A stretch of DNA of 64,000 bases from Neoechinorhynchus agilis (GCA_051530055.1 CM121342.1:7510691-7574690), one strand, 5' to 3'. Counted from the stretch's first letter, positions 23,631 through 35,987 are shown. Notes: generated by a model from the sequence alone, not told the origin. Numbers and translations: made by a program.

Positions 23631-23756
23631 AAATAATTGATTGATTTTTGATAATTTTCAGCCTGCGGGTAGGCCTTCTTCAGCCTTGCGAAACAATAGA
23701 CTGAAGAAGGCCTACTCGGAGGCCGAAAATTATCAAATGAATAAATCAATTATTTG
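23631..23756. repeat. Foldback of two head-to-head hammerhead-like motifs
   Basis: GTAGGCCTTCTTCAG (23669-23683) and CTGAAGAAGGCCTAC (23701-23715) are a perfect inverted pair within ~55-bp imperfect arms. Each arm reads CTGAAGA-A-GGCCT-loop-AGGC(C/T)-GAAAATTATC. Confidence 0.65.
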
Positions 23757-24864
23757 ATAATTCGCTATAAAAAAGGTTAAAATGATGAACATCTCTAGAA
23801 AAACTTTCAAAGCTACCAATACTGTGGTCAACATTATCGATAACAGAGACAATTTCCAATAATGCCACGCAGACAGTATCATAACATCAACTATGCCCAT
23901 CAAAACCACGAATAGCACTCATCGACGATAAAATAGTCGTTTTTCGGCCTAGGATTCGTCCATGTGTTCTTGAACGGGAGATCAATTTACTAAAAAGGCA
24001 GTTCTTGAGGATGAAGAGTTCCAATATTCCACGAGGTTATCGTAAGCGGGACATGAAGTTTCTTCATTTTATAGTTTTTAACTATCTTCTCTTTAGCCGG
24101 CTGAAATAAGCTTTAAAGGGACATCAAGAAATAGTTACTTCCGGGGGTTCATTGTATTGCTTTCCGTTCATAAAAGAACAGTGGATAAGGACTCTAGGCC
24201 CCTTCGAGTATTACCGAGATCTTTTCCTATGATCCCAGATCCGATTTCAATGGCAAAACTAGAAGTTGAGGCGATGGTGACGGTTACAGCGGTCTTTTTA
24301 ACCTCCGTGTGTTCTCCGCCCATCAGAGCCCCTTTAATCTACTAATGTTTACTATTCAACAACATATTTTGTTTAAGAAGAGGACCCATGTACCTCTTGG
24401 TCCTCGTGATTACTTTAGAGTTGATGGCGGATCCGGAGTGGAAGACGAACCTGTCCGGCAACCGTAGTGGTGAAGGGCTCATGAAGTCCCCGAACCAGCA
24501 TAGCTCTAACATTAACGTTTCCCACTGCGGGGAAGCGAAGTTGGATCGCTGGCACAATGTGGTTGCCAACAACATTTCTTCAGGGGACTGCGACCTGATA
24601 TCAACCGTCACGAACACTTAAATCGCAAAATACTATTAAAAAGATGAATAGCGTTCATTAAGGATACGAATTCAAGCAACATTATAGGAAAAGTTTCCGT
24701 GAGAACTTGTCGACACTTAGACCATCATGAAGACTACGAGCTTGACAACAATGGCGCAAAATCCCAACCGATCATTGGTCTTCGAAGTATATCAATTTCT
24801 AAATAGAGAATCTATAACCAATCTGTGTGATACTCCGTCCAAATTCTCTTTTAATTGTTTTCAG

Positions 24865-27800
24865 ATGCCACTCACCGAGGTTACAACGCCATGCTATGCA
24901 CTTGTTCAACACAGTTATGATTGTCCAACGGAGTCGGAATTGAAAAAGGACTTTGAAAATGGAGACGAATACACCAAATACCAGGCGTTGAAGAAACTTA
25001 TAGCTGCAATGTTGAACGGCGAAAATTATCCCGGTCTACTGATGACCGTGATGCGTTTCGTTATGCCGGTTAAAGAAAGCAAAAAATTAAAGAAATTGTT
25101 GCTTATTTATTGGGAAATCGTTCCTAAGCACTCTGAAGACGGCAATCTTCTTCATGAGATGATTCTAGTATGCGATGCCTACAGAAAAGATTTGACACAC
25201 CCGAACGAGTACGTACGTGGAGCCACTCTTCGTTTTTTGTGTAAACTCAAGGAGCCAGAACTTTTGGAACCCATAATGCCAGCGATACGATCATGTCTTG
25301 AGCATCGACACCCGTATGTGAGACGAAATGCAATATTGGCGGTCTTCACAATCTATCAAAACTTTCCTCAGCTAATTTCGGATGCATGCGAGTTGATGTG
25401 TACTACTTTAGAAAAGGAATCGGATATGAGTTGTCGTCGGAATGCGTTCATGATGCTTATTCATTTGAATCAATCACGAGCCGTTCAATTTCTTAGTAGA
25501 AACGAACAAGACGTCGCTTCATATGGAGATGTTCTTCAACTTATTGTTACTGAACTCATCTATCGATCTTCTATTTCTACGGAATACGCGGATTATAAAC
25601 CAATGTTTCTTAGATTGATATCACAAATGATCGTGTCGCCAACTACTGGACCAAGTGTCAAATTCGAAGCTGCCAATACTCTGCTAGCACTTACAACAAC
25701 ACCGAAAGCCATCCGAACCTGTGCAAAATGCCTCGTTGATATTGCACTTAAAGAAAGCAACAATAACGTGAAGTTGATCGTTATCGAAAAACTAACTGCA
25801 CTAGGGAACAAATATGGAGATCGAAATATTCTTCAAGATCTTGCAGTTGATATTATTCCGGTTATGAACAGCAACGATATGCTAGTAACTCAACAGACTC
25901 TCGAGTTGATCAATTCACTTACAAACGGAAGGAACATTGGTAAGTCCTTGGATTTCCGCTCTTACTCGAACTAAAACGTTGCAACACAGACAATATTATC
26001 CAAATCTTGAAACGAGAACTTGGTAGATCGCAAAGTAGTAGTGGTGGTGGATGGGATAAAGAAACAAACGAAAAAAGAACTCATCTTATTACTCAATCAC
26101 TACATGAAATAATCACTACTAAGTTCAGAAATCAAGCACAAAATGTCATCGAAGGTTTGTAAAGCTGTAGATTGGTCTCGAGTGCATTGGTCTCAAAATT
26201 GTATTAGGAGGATAGAATTATGCTTTTAGACATTTTAGTTTTACAAAGTCGTTCAATGTAATTTTAACAAATCAAGCATTCTCCCATTTTAGAGTGCGCC
26301 AAAAATTCGTAAAATTTAAACTGGAAAAAAGTTCGGATTCATGAGACTTTGTCAGAGTCATTCGTCGCTTCAGTTTCACGTCTGGTAATACGATGTGATT
26401 TGGTAAATTCGAATCCAACGTCTTACGCTTTTCGCATCCCAAAAGAAGGCTAGAATTCAACACACTGCCATTTAATATTCTCGAATTGCCCTTATAAAAC
26501 TGCTAGCCACGGGTTTAGTGCATTTTGCAGTTTTCTTCAACAAATCTAACCTTTTGTAGTTCTGATCGAGTTTCTGCCTCAAGCAAATGAGACGTCAGCA
26601 ATGGAGATTTTGCAGACCATAAAAGACGTTCTGATTGACCAGCCCGCTTGCATCAGTACAGTTTTGCCAAAACTCGTGGATACTTTTCAGTTGATCGAAG
26701 TAGCATCCGTACTTGCTGGATGTTGTTGGATTTTGTCAGAATTCACGTTCGATGACGACTTGTTAGGTCGAAAAGTGCTCGATATGCTGCTTGAAACTAT
26801 CTCGGATGCAAATCAACAACTGAACCAAAAGGAAAACAAACCACAAGTTTCTACGACCATGACAACGGACGATGGAATCTACGCCACCCAGAGTGCTCTT
26901 CAAATGACAACGAGTGAAAACAGACAGCGGAGTGGAGTATGGAGCTTAATTGTTGAAAATGGCGAGTACCATCTAGCAACGGCCATATCAGTCGCTATAA
27001 CAAAGTTAAATATTCGACTTTCAAGGGATCAATCCAGACGTGAAAATGCAATTCGCGGAATCTGTGGACTATTGAATCACTGCACAGAAAACAGAATCGA
27101 AGGAAAGTCAGTGATTTCTAAGGATGAATTTGAACGTATAGTGTTGTGTTTGAAGCTCCTAACTAGCCACGGACAGCTTCCGTTAATGTTTGCAAAGCGG
27201 CATCAACAAAAAATTTATAGGGAATCGAAAATAAAACCGTCGCCTGACTGGAAGGATGTTCACGAAACTCCAGAATTTGCTGGGTTTCTAAATTCAATCA
27301 ATGAACCGCGACATAACGCGCTTGATGAAACGCTAAGACTGGCTGCGATTGGCCAAAAACAGGACAATGATGATATAGATGATCATTTCCTTGTTCATCA
27401 GTTAACTGGTCTACCGAATTCGTAGAAGTGAATCATTTTTCGTTTTGCAGAATCACTTGTACGACACATATCCGATCCCATTTATTGTGAATGCGTTCTT
27501 AAGATCTCGTCTTATTTTGATATAGGTCTCGAGATTTTATTGGTTAATCAAACCTCTGAAACCATTCAAAACGTACAAGTGGAACTATTCACAGTCGGAG
27601 AAATGAAAGTCACTCAAAAAGCACCAACTTTAAATCTCGCTCCTCATGCTTCAGCCTATGTCCAAAGTCACATCAAAGTAAACGCCACAGAGTCCGCGAC
27701 TATATACGGAAATTTGGTATATCATCTATCAAGCGGGAAACCCGTTTTAATCGTTCTAAATGAAATGGGAGTGGATGTCGTCGATTTTGCCAAGATTCCT

Positions 27801-28181
27801 ACAAATTCACCCGCAGACGACGAGTTCAGGGAAATGTGGAGAGTACTTGAATGGGAGAACAAAATCGCTGTCCAAGCATCACCCGGACTTTCAATGAACG
27901 GCTATTTGGCCAATGTTACAAAGGCAACAAAAATGAAGGTGCTCGCCTGTCAACACGTAGATGATTTCTCGGAAGATGGAAGTGTCGAAGGGGGATTTTT
28001 ATCTGCAAATCTTTATGGACAAAGCGCATTCGGTGAAGATGTCATTGCCAATCTTAGTCTTGGTGCTTGTGGGTCCACGATCAGTGGACATCTGAAGATA
28101 AGAGCGAAGAACCAACGAATGGCGCTGACCATGGGAGATAGAGTTACGAAAAGACAAGCATCTTTTAAAGAAATTTCGTGA
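24865..28181 (+). CDS. COPB1: Coatomer subunit beta (beta-COP), 4 exons
   Basis: Conserved LLIYWEIVPK, EMILVCDAYRKDLTHPNEYVRGATLRFLCKLKEPELLEP, QLTG..SDPIY, VNQTSETIQN and EFREMWRVLEWENK. GT-AG intron at 25940-25989 and ~26155-26560; third junction at ~27409-27470. Confidence 0.95.
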
Positions 28182-28324
28182 TAAAACACATTCGTCATCT
28201 TAAAACGATTTGTTTTAAACTTCCATATTTTACTTCTCGAAAGTCCAGCGCTCGTCGGTTATAGAAAACTATTTAAGGTTTAGGTATATTCAATATCACA
28301 AAATCAACTTTATGGCGATAATGA

Positions 28325-28600
28325 TTATTCAGTTGGTAAATCAACAATAACTTGGCAATGATCGAAAATGTGAGGTTGAATTTGGAAAACATCCTCGAGT
28401 GCCTGACGCGCACTTTTGGTTTCGTCGTCAACAAAATTTATAGTTGCAATCCGACGGCTAAATCCAGTTTTCCGGTTCATCATTAAACGCACCGAGCCCA
28501 CTTTCCCAAACTGAGAGAAATGGGAAATCAAATCTGCATCCGAAGTCGTCCAGGGAAGTCGGAATACCATCACGGCTGCTCGTTTTGCTGGTGAACTCAT
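28325..28600 (-). CDS. Small single-RRM protein (SLIRP-like)
   Basis: VFRLPWTTSDADLISHFSQFGKVGSVRLMMNRKTGFSRRIATINF has an RRM layout; 91 aa. Confidence 0.75.
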   Translation of the reverse strand: MSSPAKRAAVMVFRLPWTTSDADLISHFSQFGKVGSVRLMMNRKTGFSRRIATINFVDDETKSARQALEDVFQIQPHIFDHCQVIVDLPTE

Positions 28601-29114
28601 ATTTCTGAAAATGTTAAAAATATGAATGAACTCACAAATATATTTTTCTAAAATATTGAGCTGTTAAGCGACCAATAATTTGATTTTGTGGATCATTTTT
28701 TCGCTTAACAAATGATTATGTATCTTTTGAACTTTTTTAAATTAGTTTTTTACTCAGTATAGAATTTAGTAAAATTAATAGACGATTTCTGCGGTTCAGA
28801 TACTTTGGAAACTAAGATCGGTGAGTAAAATAAGCGGTCTTTGTAAATATTTCGAGTCTTGCATTCAGATCACAAAACACCCAGCCTCAACATAAAAAAG
28901 TGATGGAACCAATTTTAATCATTCTTTTTAATTTCAATTTTCACTTCATCCCAAATAGTAATATTAAAGAAAATAAGATTAACGTTTTTATGAAACATGC
29001 AAGTGAGAATCATCGAGACAAAATCGTTCGGGATGATAAATTTTGAACTGTGGTGATGATAATCCCCCGGGTAACCCTTAGATATTTCGATGAACTGCGA
29101 GAAAGCTATATGAA

Positions 29115-29915
29115 TTTCTTTATTGTTTCTAAATACTGAAACAATTACTGATAGGGCGAGGCTTTATCTTTCGAAATATTTTAATATAATCAAAAATACA
29201 ATCCACCGATCTGGGTCAGGGAAGCGCATAAAACATTTCTCCGAATCCAGAGAAATCTCACTGGCAGACGGGACTCCCGCGCACAGTATTTCGTCCCCTT
29301 TAATTGTGAGTAATCGGCGATCGTGGATGTCAAACCTCTGACCCTGAAACATGGATTCAAGTCTAAAGTCAACTTTACGACCTCAAAACAACTGCGGAAT
29401 GAACAAACTCATTACCGTGTGGTTCAGCGGGGTATTAAGTGATTCAATCATTTCTTTGATCCAAGATATCAGTTGGCTGTGTGCCTTTAAAGGAAAAAGC
29501 CGGGTAAAGAACGCTCAAAAAGCTTAATATAACCGGCTTGATAGAAGACATAAGAAAAAATATTTTATTGAAATATTCCGAAAGAGGAAACATCATCCGA
29601 TCAGTGATTGTTTAAGTATTGAGAAATAATAACGAAAATAATTTCGTACTATATAAATTTCTTTATTGTTTCTAAATACTGAAACAATTACTGATAGGGC
29701 GAGGCTTTATCTTTCGAAATATTTTAATATAATCAAAAATACAATCCACCGATCTGGGTCAGGGAAGCGCATAAAACATTTCTCCGAATCCAGAGAAATC
29801 TCACTGGCAGACGGGACTCCCGCGCACAGTATTTCGTCGGCTTTATCGCAGATATTAAACCAAAGGGTCTAAGTGATTTTATGCGCTTCCCTAACCCACA
29901 GATCGGTAGAATGTG
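29115..29915 (-). mobile_element. Further copies of the 16860-18130 repeat family; ~180-bp direct duplication plus inverted partial copy
   Basis: 29115-29298 is repeated at 29655-29838. Shares tatttcgtcccc, gggactc, gggaagcgc and the tail aatataaccg.cttgatagaagacataaga (29490-29590 vs 17250-17360). Confidence 0.75.
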
Positions 29916-30491
29916 TGCCAAAACATAAAGATTATTAAAAGTGAAAATTTTGCGATTTCTTCCGCTTTTATTCGTGGCCTTACATTTTGGCAAATTACTA
30001 GCAAATGACTGAAGAAAACGAAAAGACCAAAAATTTTGAAGATTAATCTATTTCTGAATCAAATGTCGCTAATTGAACTTAATTTTAGTTTGTCCTTTAT
30101 ACCCAGCTAATTTTTTTAATCATAAAGCCAAATAAGCCGGACAAGAAGGGACAAACTAAAATTTAATGATGATATAAAACAAAACCGGCGTGCCAGTAAA
30201 AAAAACTTTAAAATGTTATGGTATCATTTTTACGCAGCGATTTCCAGCGTTCGTTCTCATTGGCTGAAGAAAAACGTATTCCAAATGAAAAAATTTCGCT
30301 TGTTGCTAACTTTAAAAAATTCCGTTTGTTTTTTGGGTCATATTCATTAAATGGAATATCTGCAATTTAAGACCATTTCTTACAGTTCCACTTTTTCGTA
30401 ATTTTCTGACATTTTAAAGCCTACTCACCGATATTTTGGGCGAAAAATTTCCCAATTTGATAATATTATTGAATACATTTTTAATTTATAG

Positions 30492-30758
30492 ATGTCGAAA
30501 CTGATTGACTCCGGCTACTTACCCGACGAATACCTGGTCGATCCTGCATTTCATCCAGGATTTGCGACATTTTTTCTATTCACTGGATTACTATTTGCAG
30601 GATGGTTGTTTTTGATGGAATCAAACTCAAAGAAAATGAAAGGGAGAAATAATTGGATGAGGAACTTGGTTCGTGAATTATTTGTTGCATCGATCTCCTC
30701 AATTCTACTTGGACTTGGTATAATTTTTCTAATGTTAGCTGTCGGTGCGTACGTCTAG
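30492..30758 (+). CDS. TMEM258: TMEM258 / OST5 oligosaccharyltransferase subunit
   Basis: Two-TM protein with VDPAFHPGFATFFLFTGLLFAGWLF...RELFVASISSILLGLGIIFLMLAVGAYV, matching the family C-terminus. Confidence 0.85.
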   Translation: MSKLIDSGYLPDEYLVDPAFHPGFATFFLFTGLLFAGWLFLMESNSKKMKGRNNWMRNLVRELFVASISSILLGLGIIFLMLAVGAYV

Positions 30759-31712
30759 CGTGATTTTATCCAATGAAAAAAATCTCCATTTAATTATCAC
30801 GCAAGTTCACGGTTAGCTAAGAAGTGGCACGTTGATTATCCTCGGTTAAAATGTGAGGAAGTGCCACTTCAATGGAGTTTGTTGTCACGGTGAATCTTGA
30901 TTTTATTTTCTTGATTAGAAGATTATAGACTGCATCGGCACTTTGAGAAAGGTAGACCACAATGTGAGCAACATTTTGTGAAGCATCCGCAACATTGGAG
31001 ACCATCCATTCGGTTACAACGACAAATCATAGCACGGCAGCAGTTGGAGAAACCCATTCTGTTTGAGCGGGCGCTTGATGCAGACACCTTTATAAAGAGG
31101 ATGTGCTCCTTATTCATGTCTGAATTTTGACAATCGAACAAAAGGCGACTTTTGCCGTCATCCGAATGAGACTTTATAGTTATGGGTCTGTATCGTTTAC
31201 CTTTCGCCTTTGCTTCACCTCGCTTATTGTGTTCAATTTCTGCTTCATACGGCAGTCGCGAACTGCGTCGGAGCAAGTACTCTAGAGTTTCTGAATGACG
31301 GAATCGGATTCGTGAACTGCAATTCTTTAAATTCATTTCTAACTCCCATTTATTTCTATCAATGCTGTTGCTTACTCATTATCGGTCTCTAAGATTTGGA
31401 AAGGTCGTTTCTTGACCGAACACTTGAATTCTGGACTTCCGATAGACGAGAACCGATTCATCAATTCTAATTTTTAGCACATTTCTCACTTTTATTTCTA
31501 TCAATATTGTTACTAATTGATGGAAGGCATCTTTGTTGCGTACTCGCATTGTTTAGTATAGATAGATTTTTCCAAAACGTTCCCGAGTACGATGTTTTAT
31601 TTTGTCCAAATTTTCGTCGCTTCACGGCTTCTTCGGGGACTCTCCCTCTGAAAAGGTCAGAAAAGTGATAAGCTGTCTGACAATTCATCCTTCCGATTGA
31701 GCGACCCATCAG

Positions 31713-33750
31713 TTGGTGCCGTTGACACTGGGTAAGCTCCGCTGGCAATGCTTATACAAGTGTCTTAGGGATGCTCCTTCAAATGTATATTGCCTAAAAA
31801 GAAGGATGATAGATTTTTATGACAAAGTGCAGACCTTATGTTCATGGGATGAGTTTGAGTGGATAAAACATTGGGCGAACAATGGAGCGATGGCACACAA
31901 AAGGCTCTGTAAAAGTAATCTGATAAGGAAATTCAATAGATTATTGAGTGACTCGAATGGTGGACAAGCGAACAGTATTTCTCGAGAGCAAACAGACGAA
32001 GAGAACAGGGTCACATCTATACCGGTGGATTGCATACCAGTGATCAACTAAATCTTCTGTCAAAAGGTTCGTCGTTTGTTCCTTGTAAGAAATTGGACGA
32101 AGATGACAGGTTCAAGATGGAAGTCAACGTGGAGCGCTTAGCTTACCAATTAAGGGTTCAAGCATCAAAAACAGCAACCGTTGCGATCGAAGGAAGGGAA
32201 CCCAGTGGTATGGATTGGACCGATCGATTCCAAGCTCGACGCCGTCTATTGTTTGAGGGACGCTTTGTGAAAGTTCCCCATACTAACGACCAAATGGAAA
32301 GGGACCTGTTGCGTTTGAAGGACAAGATGGATTGCCTGTGCCGATCCCATCTGAGTAGAACAACATGTCTAGTACCGAATGGAACGCGTTAAAATCACTA
32401 AAGCTTTCTACTCAGAACAAAGAGGTTAGAATCTCGATTAGTGATAAAGGTGGTGAATTCCTGGTTATGAACCGTGACATGGAGAATTCTATGATGGACA
32501 GCATACTCTCGGATGGATCAGTATATAAACTGGAATCGAAAGATGGTTGCATTTACAAAAGAAAGGAGTTAAATGCAGCGCTGCAAAAAGTGGTCTCAGT
32601 GAGAGGATTGAAGGGAATGCACGTGTTTACACAAGGTCCAATCAGAACTCCGATCCTCTACTCACTGCCAAAGATGCATAAAATGTTTTCCTTCGGAGAC
32701 GAGATAAATGTGAAGGTTAGACCAATTATATCGACGATCAAGGGACCTGCTTATAGGCTTTCCAAATTGCTGGCGCGTCCCTTCGTTTGTCGGGAATACC
32801 AATATGGTGATCCAAAACTTGGAAACAAGACGCGAAGACCTCGGCCAAAGCAAGCTCATGTAATTCGATTTCAAAAGTTTGTATGCGAACGTTGATAATG
32901 AAGCCGCGATATTTACACTGGGAAAAAGGCCGCTCGAAGAAGAAACTCAGATCAATTTATTTGGTATGGAACCGGACAATATTGTGGTGCTGACGAGACA
33001 AGTGCTAACCTGCAACCTCTTTCAATACAATAACCAGTTATATAGGCAAGTCCGTGGCCTCGCAATGGGTAACAGCCTTGCTCCAGTGTTAGCCTGTTTA
33101 TATCTAGATGGTCTGGAACGGCAGCGCATCTTTCCACTGTTATCGTCGAGTCAAATTTACCTCCGATACGTGGATGATGTGTTGTTTTCTTATCGGAAGG
33201 ATAGTGAGGTTGACACTGTTGAGCGGAATCTGAACTCAATGGATCCTGAGGGAAACATTGAGGTTACTAGAGAACAACCACATGACTACCTACCGTTCCT
33301 CAACATGATCTTCAGAGTAGACGAACCAACTCAAAGAGCCGGGTATAGGAAGTTATGTAAAAGGGACATTGTCCTACATCGGGTCTCACATCACCCATGG
33401 GCGATTAAGCAGGCGATTTTAGTAGGCATGTTGAGAAATGCTAGATTATGCTCGACGAACGGATCCGAGGTATTTTCGCAAGCAACGGATATTCTACACA
33501 AGAAGTAGACCGGATCATTGACAGAGCAAACAACCGACGAAATCGGAACGATCGTTTTATCGATTTACCACTGTTGAGAATCCCGTATATATCCGAGGAT
33601 TTCACGTGGAACGTGAAGCGAAAACTTCGGGAATGCCTCGTCAGAGCACGGGTTGTGCATATGACCGGTCCTTCCTTAAGAAAACTGCTGATGGGGACTA
33701 ATCACCACGAGGATCAGGGAGCTGCGTCTGGTTGTTGCAAATTTTACAAC
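31713..33750 (+). mobile_element. Penelope-like element reverse transcriptase, frameshifted; GIY-YIG domain not seen
   Basis: SDKGGEFLVM, PILYSLPKMHK, RPIIST, YRQVRGLAMGNSLAPVLACLYL, YLRYVDDV, LPFLNM, GYRK, SHHPWAIK, IPYISE and GPSLRKLL across five overlapping ORFs. Confidence 0.85.
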
Positions 33751-33779
33751 CCGTATATTAAGAACGAATTGACTGTGTG

Positions 33780-35790
33780 TTTAATGATAGATTGTTTGAC
33801 ACAGTGTCTCGAGCTTTCAGAACGAACGGCAAAACTCATTAAAGGAGTCGATGAGATAGTTGTTATGGAAGATAAGGAAGAGTGAGTAAAGAGGTTGGAA
33901 GTCTCCAGCCGATATTCATACTGTTTGCGTAGACATTCAAGATGCGAAAGTTGTAATCTTCAAACAGCAAAATGTTCTAATTGCAACAAAATAGGTCATT
34001 TTGCAAGTGTCGATCTCGGGGATCACGGGACACCGGAGAGCAAAAAACGGAAGGGCGAAGGTATCAGTAGAGGTAAATGGTATCGACCTGCAGATGTAAT
34101 TAGCCACTTTCATCTAACCTATCAGAATCTTACCCTTCCCATCACCTATGGTTATCCGTATTTTGCAACCTATCCAAATCTCAAATTCGTCATCTTGAAA
34201 TTCTTCATAAAAGAGCATCTAAAATTTGCACAACGGACTTTCATCCTCCCGCCAAATGTATTGATACTATTTCATAGAACAATCAAAACGCCTATCAACC
34301 CTACCATCACACATCGTTCTCTTTCCACACGAGCATAACACTCGTAATCCTAATTCGTTTCATCCTCCTTCGACATCGCTCCTTTTTCCATGCTGCCCAA
34401 TCTTCTCTCGGATATCAGAACTTGAAATGAATCAGAGGAAAGACCAACCTTACAAGCGCTCCTGCAAACAGTATCCGCCAACTTTCCCACCTGCCTGGAA
34501 CCGTCATCCACTTCAAAAACAACAACCACGAACTCGAGTTTTCGCGCGCTCGAGTATTTACGAGGTCCAGGAGTTGCATGGTTACTCTTCTTGTTCAATA
34601 ATAAAAGGTGTTATTATTAACAGATTAGTCAGATACGCTATGATACCAGGCAAGCTTCAGCTATTTCGGTTGCCCAAAAGTTAATATGTTCCACAGTTAA
34701 ATCCGAACTTGATGAGTTCGCTAAAATTTTGAGGACTAAAAGTTGGATAGATGTTAGTTAACTCAAGCAAATCTGATATCAGAAACTCGCGATGATGCTC
34801 AATTACGCAGGATTGCTAAATATATGAATAAAGTGGTTGGTCGATAAGGTTGCAGGATTAGGATGTAATATCGTTGGAGGGGGAATTTCAATGTATCTTC
34901 AACGCCTTGTCATCCCGGTTCGGACCCAGAGGTAAAAAGGTACATGGGTCCATTGTTTTACGGAAGGAAATTGTCAAGGACATAAAGAATAGGGACCGAG
35001 AAGCAATCTAAACCTTATCGTAATTCCAAACGAAAGGTGCATAAAAATGGGCGACGTTTAGAATCTACAGTGGCTCCTCGAGAATGGGAACACCTAGATG
35101 AGTGGTAACCGACAATGAAGTGAAGAATTCGGTGCATTTTGTAAAGAGCAAGGGATCAAGAACGTTAAATCAAGTTCTTACAACCCACAGTCTAATGGGT
35201 TAGCCGATCGATTTGTTGGTATATTTAAAAAGCGGAATGTTGATGTAGCGGGTTCAGTTAGGATTTACATAAAATAACCAATCAGACGCTTGCAGAGCTG
35301 TTGATGAAACGGCGATTGAATGCCAAGTTGTATAATTTGAGTCAGATGTGGGGGTCAAGTAATGACTTTAATCCATCAACGGAACTAAACGGCAGTAAGA
35401 ATGAACAGTCCATTTGTTGGATGAAATCGCAAAGCGATACGTGAGACAAGGGGTGGTACAGAGACGAACCGGACCACTATGATATGTGATCGGTTATGGA
35501 GACCAAATTTTGAGACGGATTCATTGAGATTATGTGAGGGTATGTGAATACTAGATGAAAATCGAATTGTTGTGCTCATTAAGGACACTACCGTTTCGAT
35601 AGAACTCGGAAGGAAAAGAGTGCGAATGGCCGATGAAACCAAGGTGATAGTAGCCGTTAGCAAACCAGTGAAGACCCCGCCGGTGACCTGTGTATCAGCC
35701 GAACGAGCTACAAGTGTCAGATTACGTAGATCCGCGAGCTGTGCCGTTATTGAGTACATTTAGAAGTTTTATGTTCTAGAGTTAGCTCTA
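33780..35790 (+). mobile_element. Degenerate Ty3/gypsy LTR retrotransposon remnant (gag zinc knuckle, pol and integrase pieces)
   Basis: CSNCNKIGHFASV (CCHC knuckle, ~33970), ISETRDDAQLRRIAKY and RLVIP (~34780-34920), VVTDN...FCKEQGIKNVKSSSYNPQSNGLADRFVGIFK (~35100-35235). Confidence 0.75.
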
Positions 35791-35987
35791 TTTAGGTTCT
35801 CAGCCGATAATTTGACTAGAAAGAAGATTTACTACTTGAAGGCACCACAACCGTCTTTACGGTAAGGAAAGACGATCACCTTTGTTGTCCGTAGGTCCTT
35901 CTTTAGATTGCTTAAGACCGCGTCATTCATCTCCCTTTTGAATATTGTAGTAAACTACGATAGAGCCACTTTCATTGAGTTATCAAT

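Noticed and set aside
24727-24864. N-terminal extension of beta-COP in the ORF track
   Set aside because: Homology starts at MPLTEV (24865), directly after a ttttcag acceptor-like tract; the upstream part is probably UTR or intron.
742-27470. Translational bypassing (byp-like hopping) or U12 splicing as the explanation for the hairpin inserts
   Set aside because: Matched take-off/landing codons occur only in the HMG case, stops do not follow the take-off codon directly, and ATCC-like motifs are not at a valid U12 5' position.
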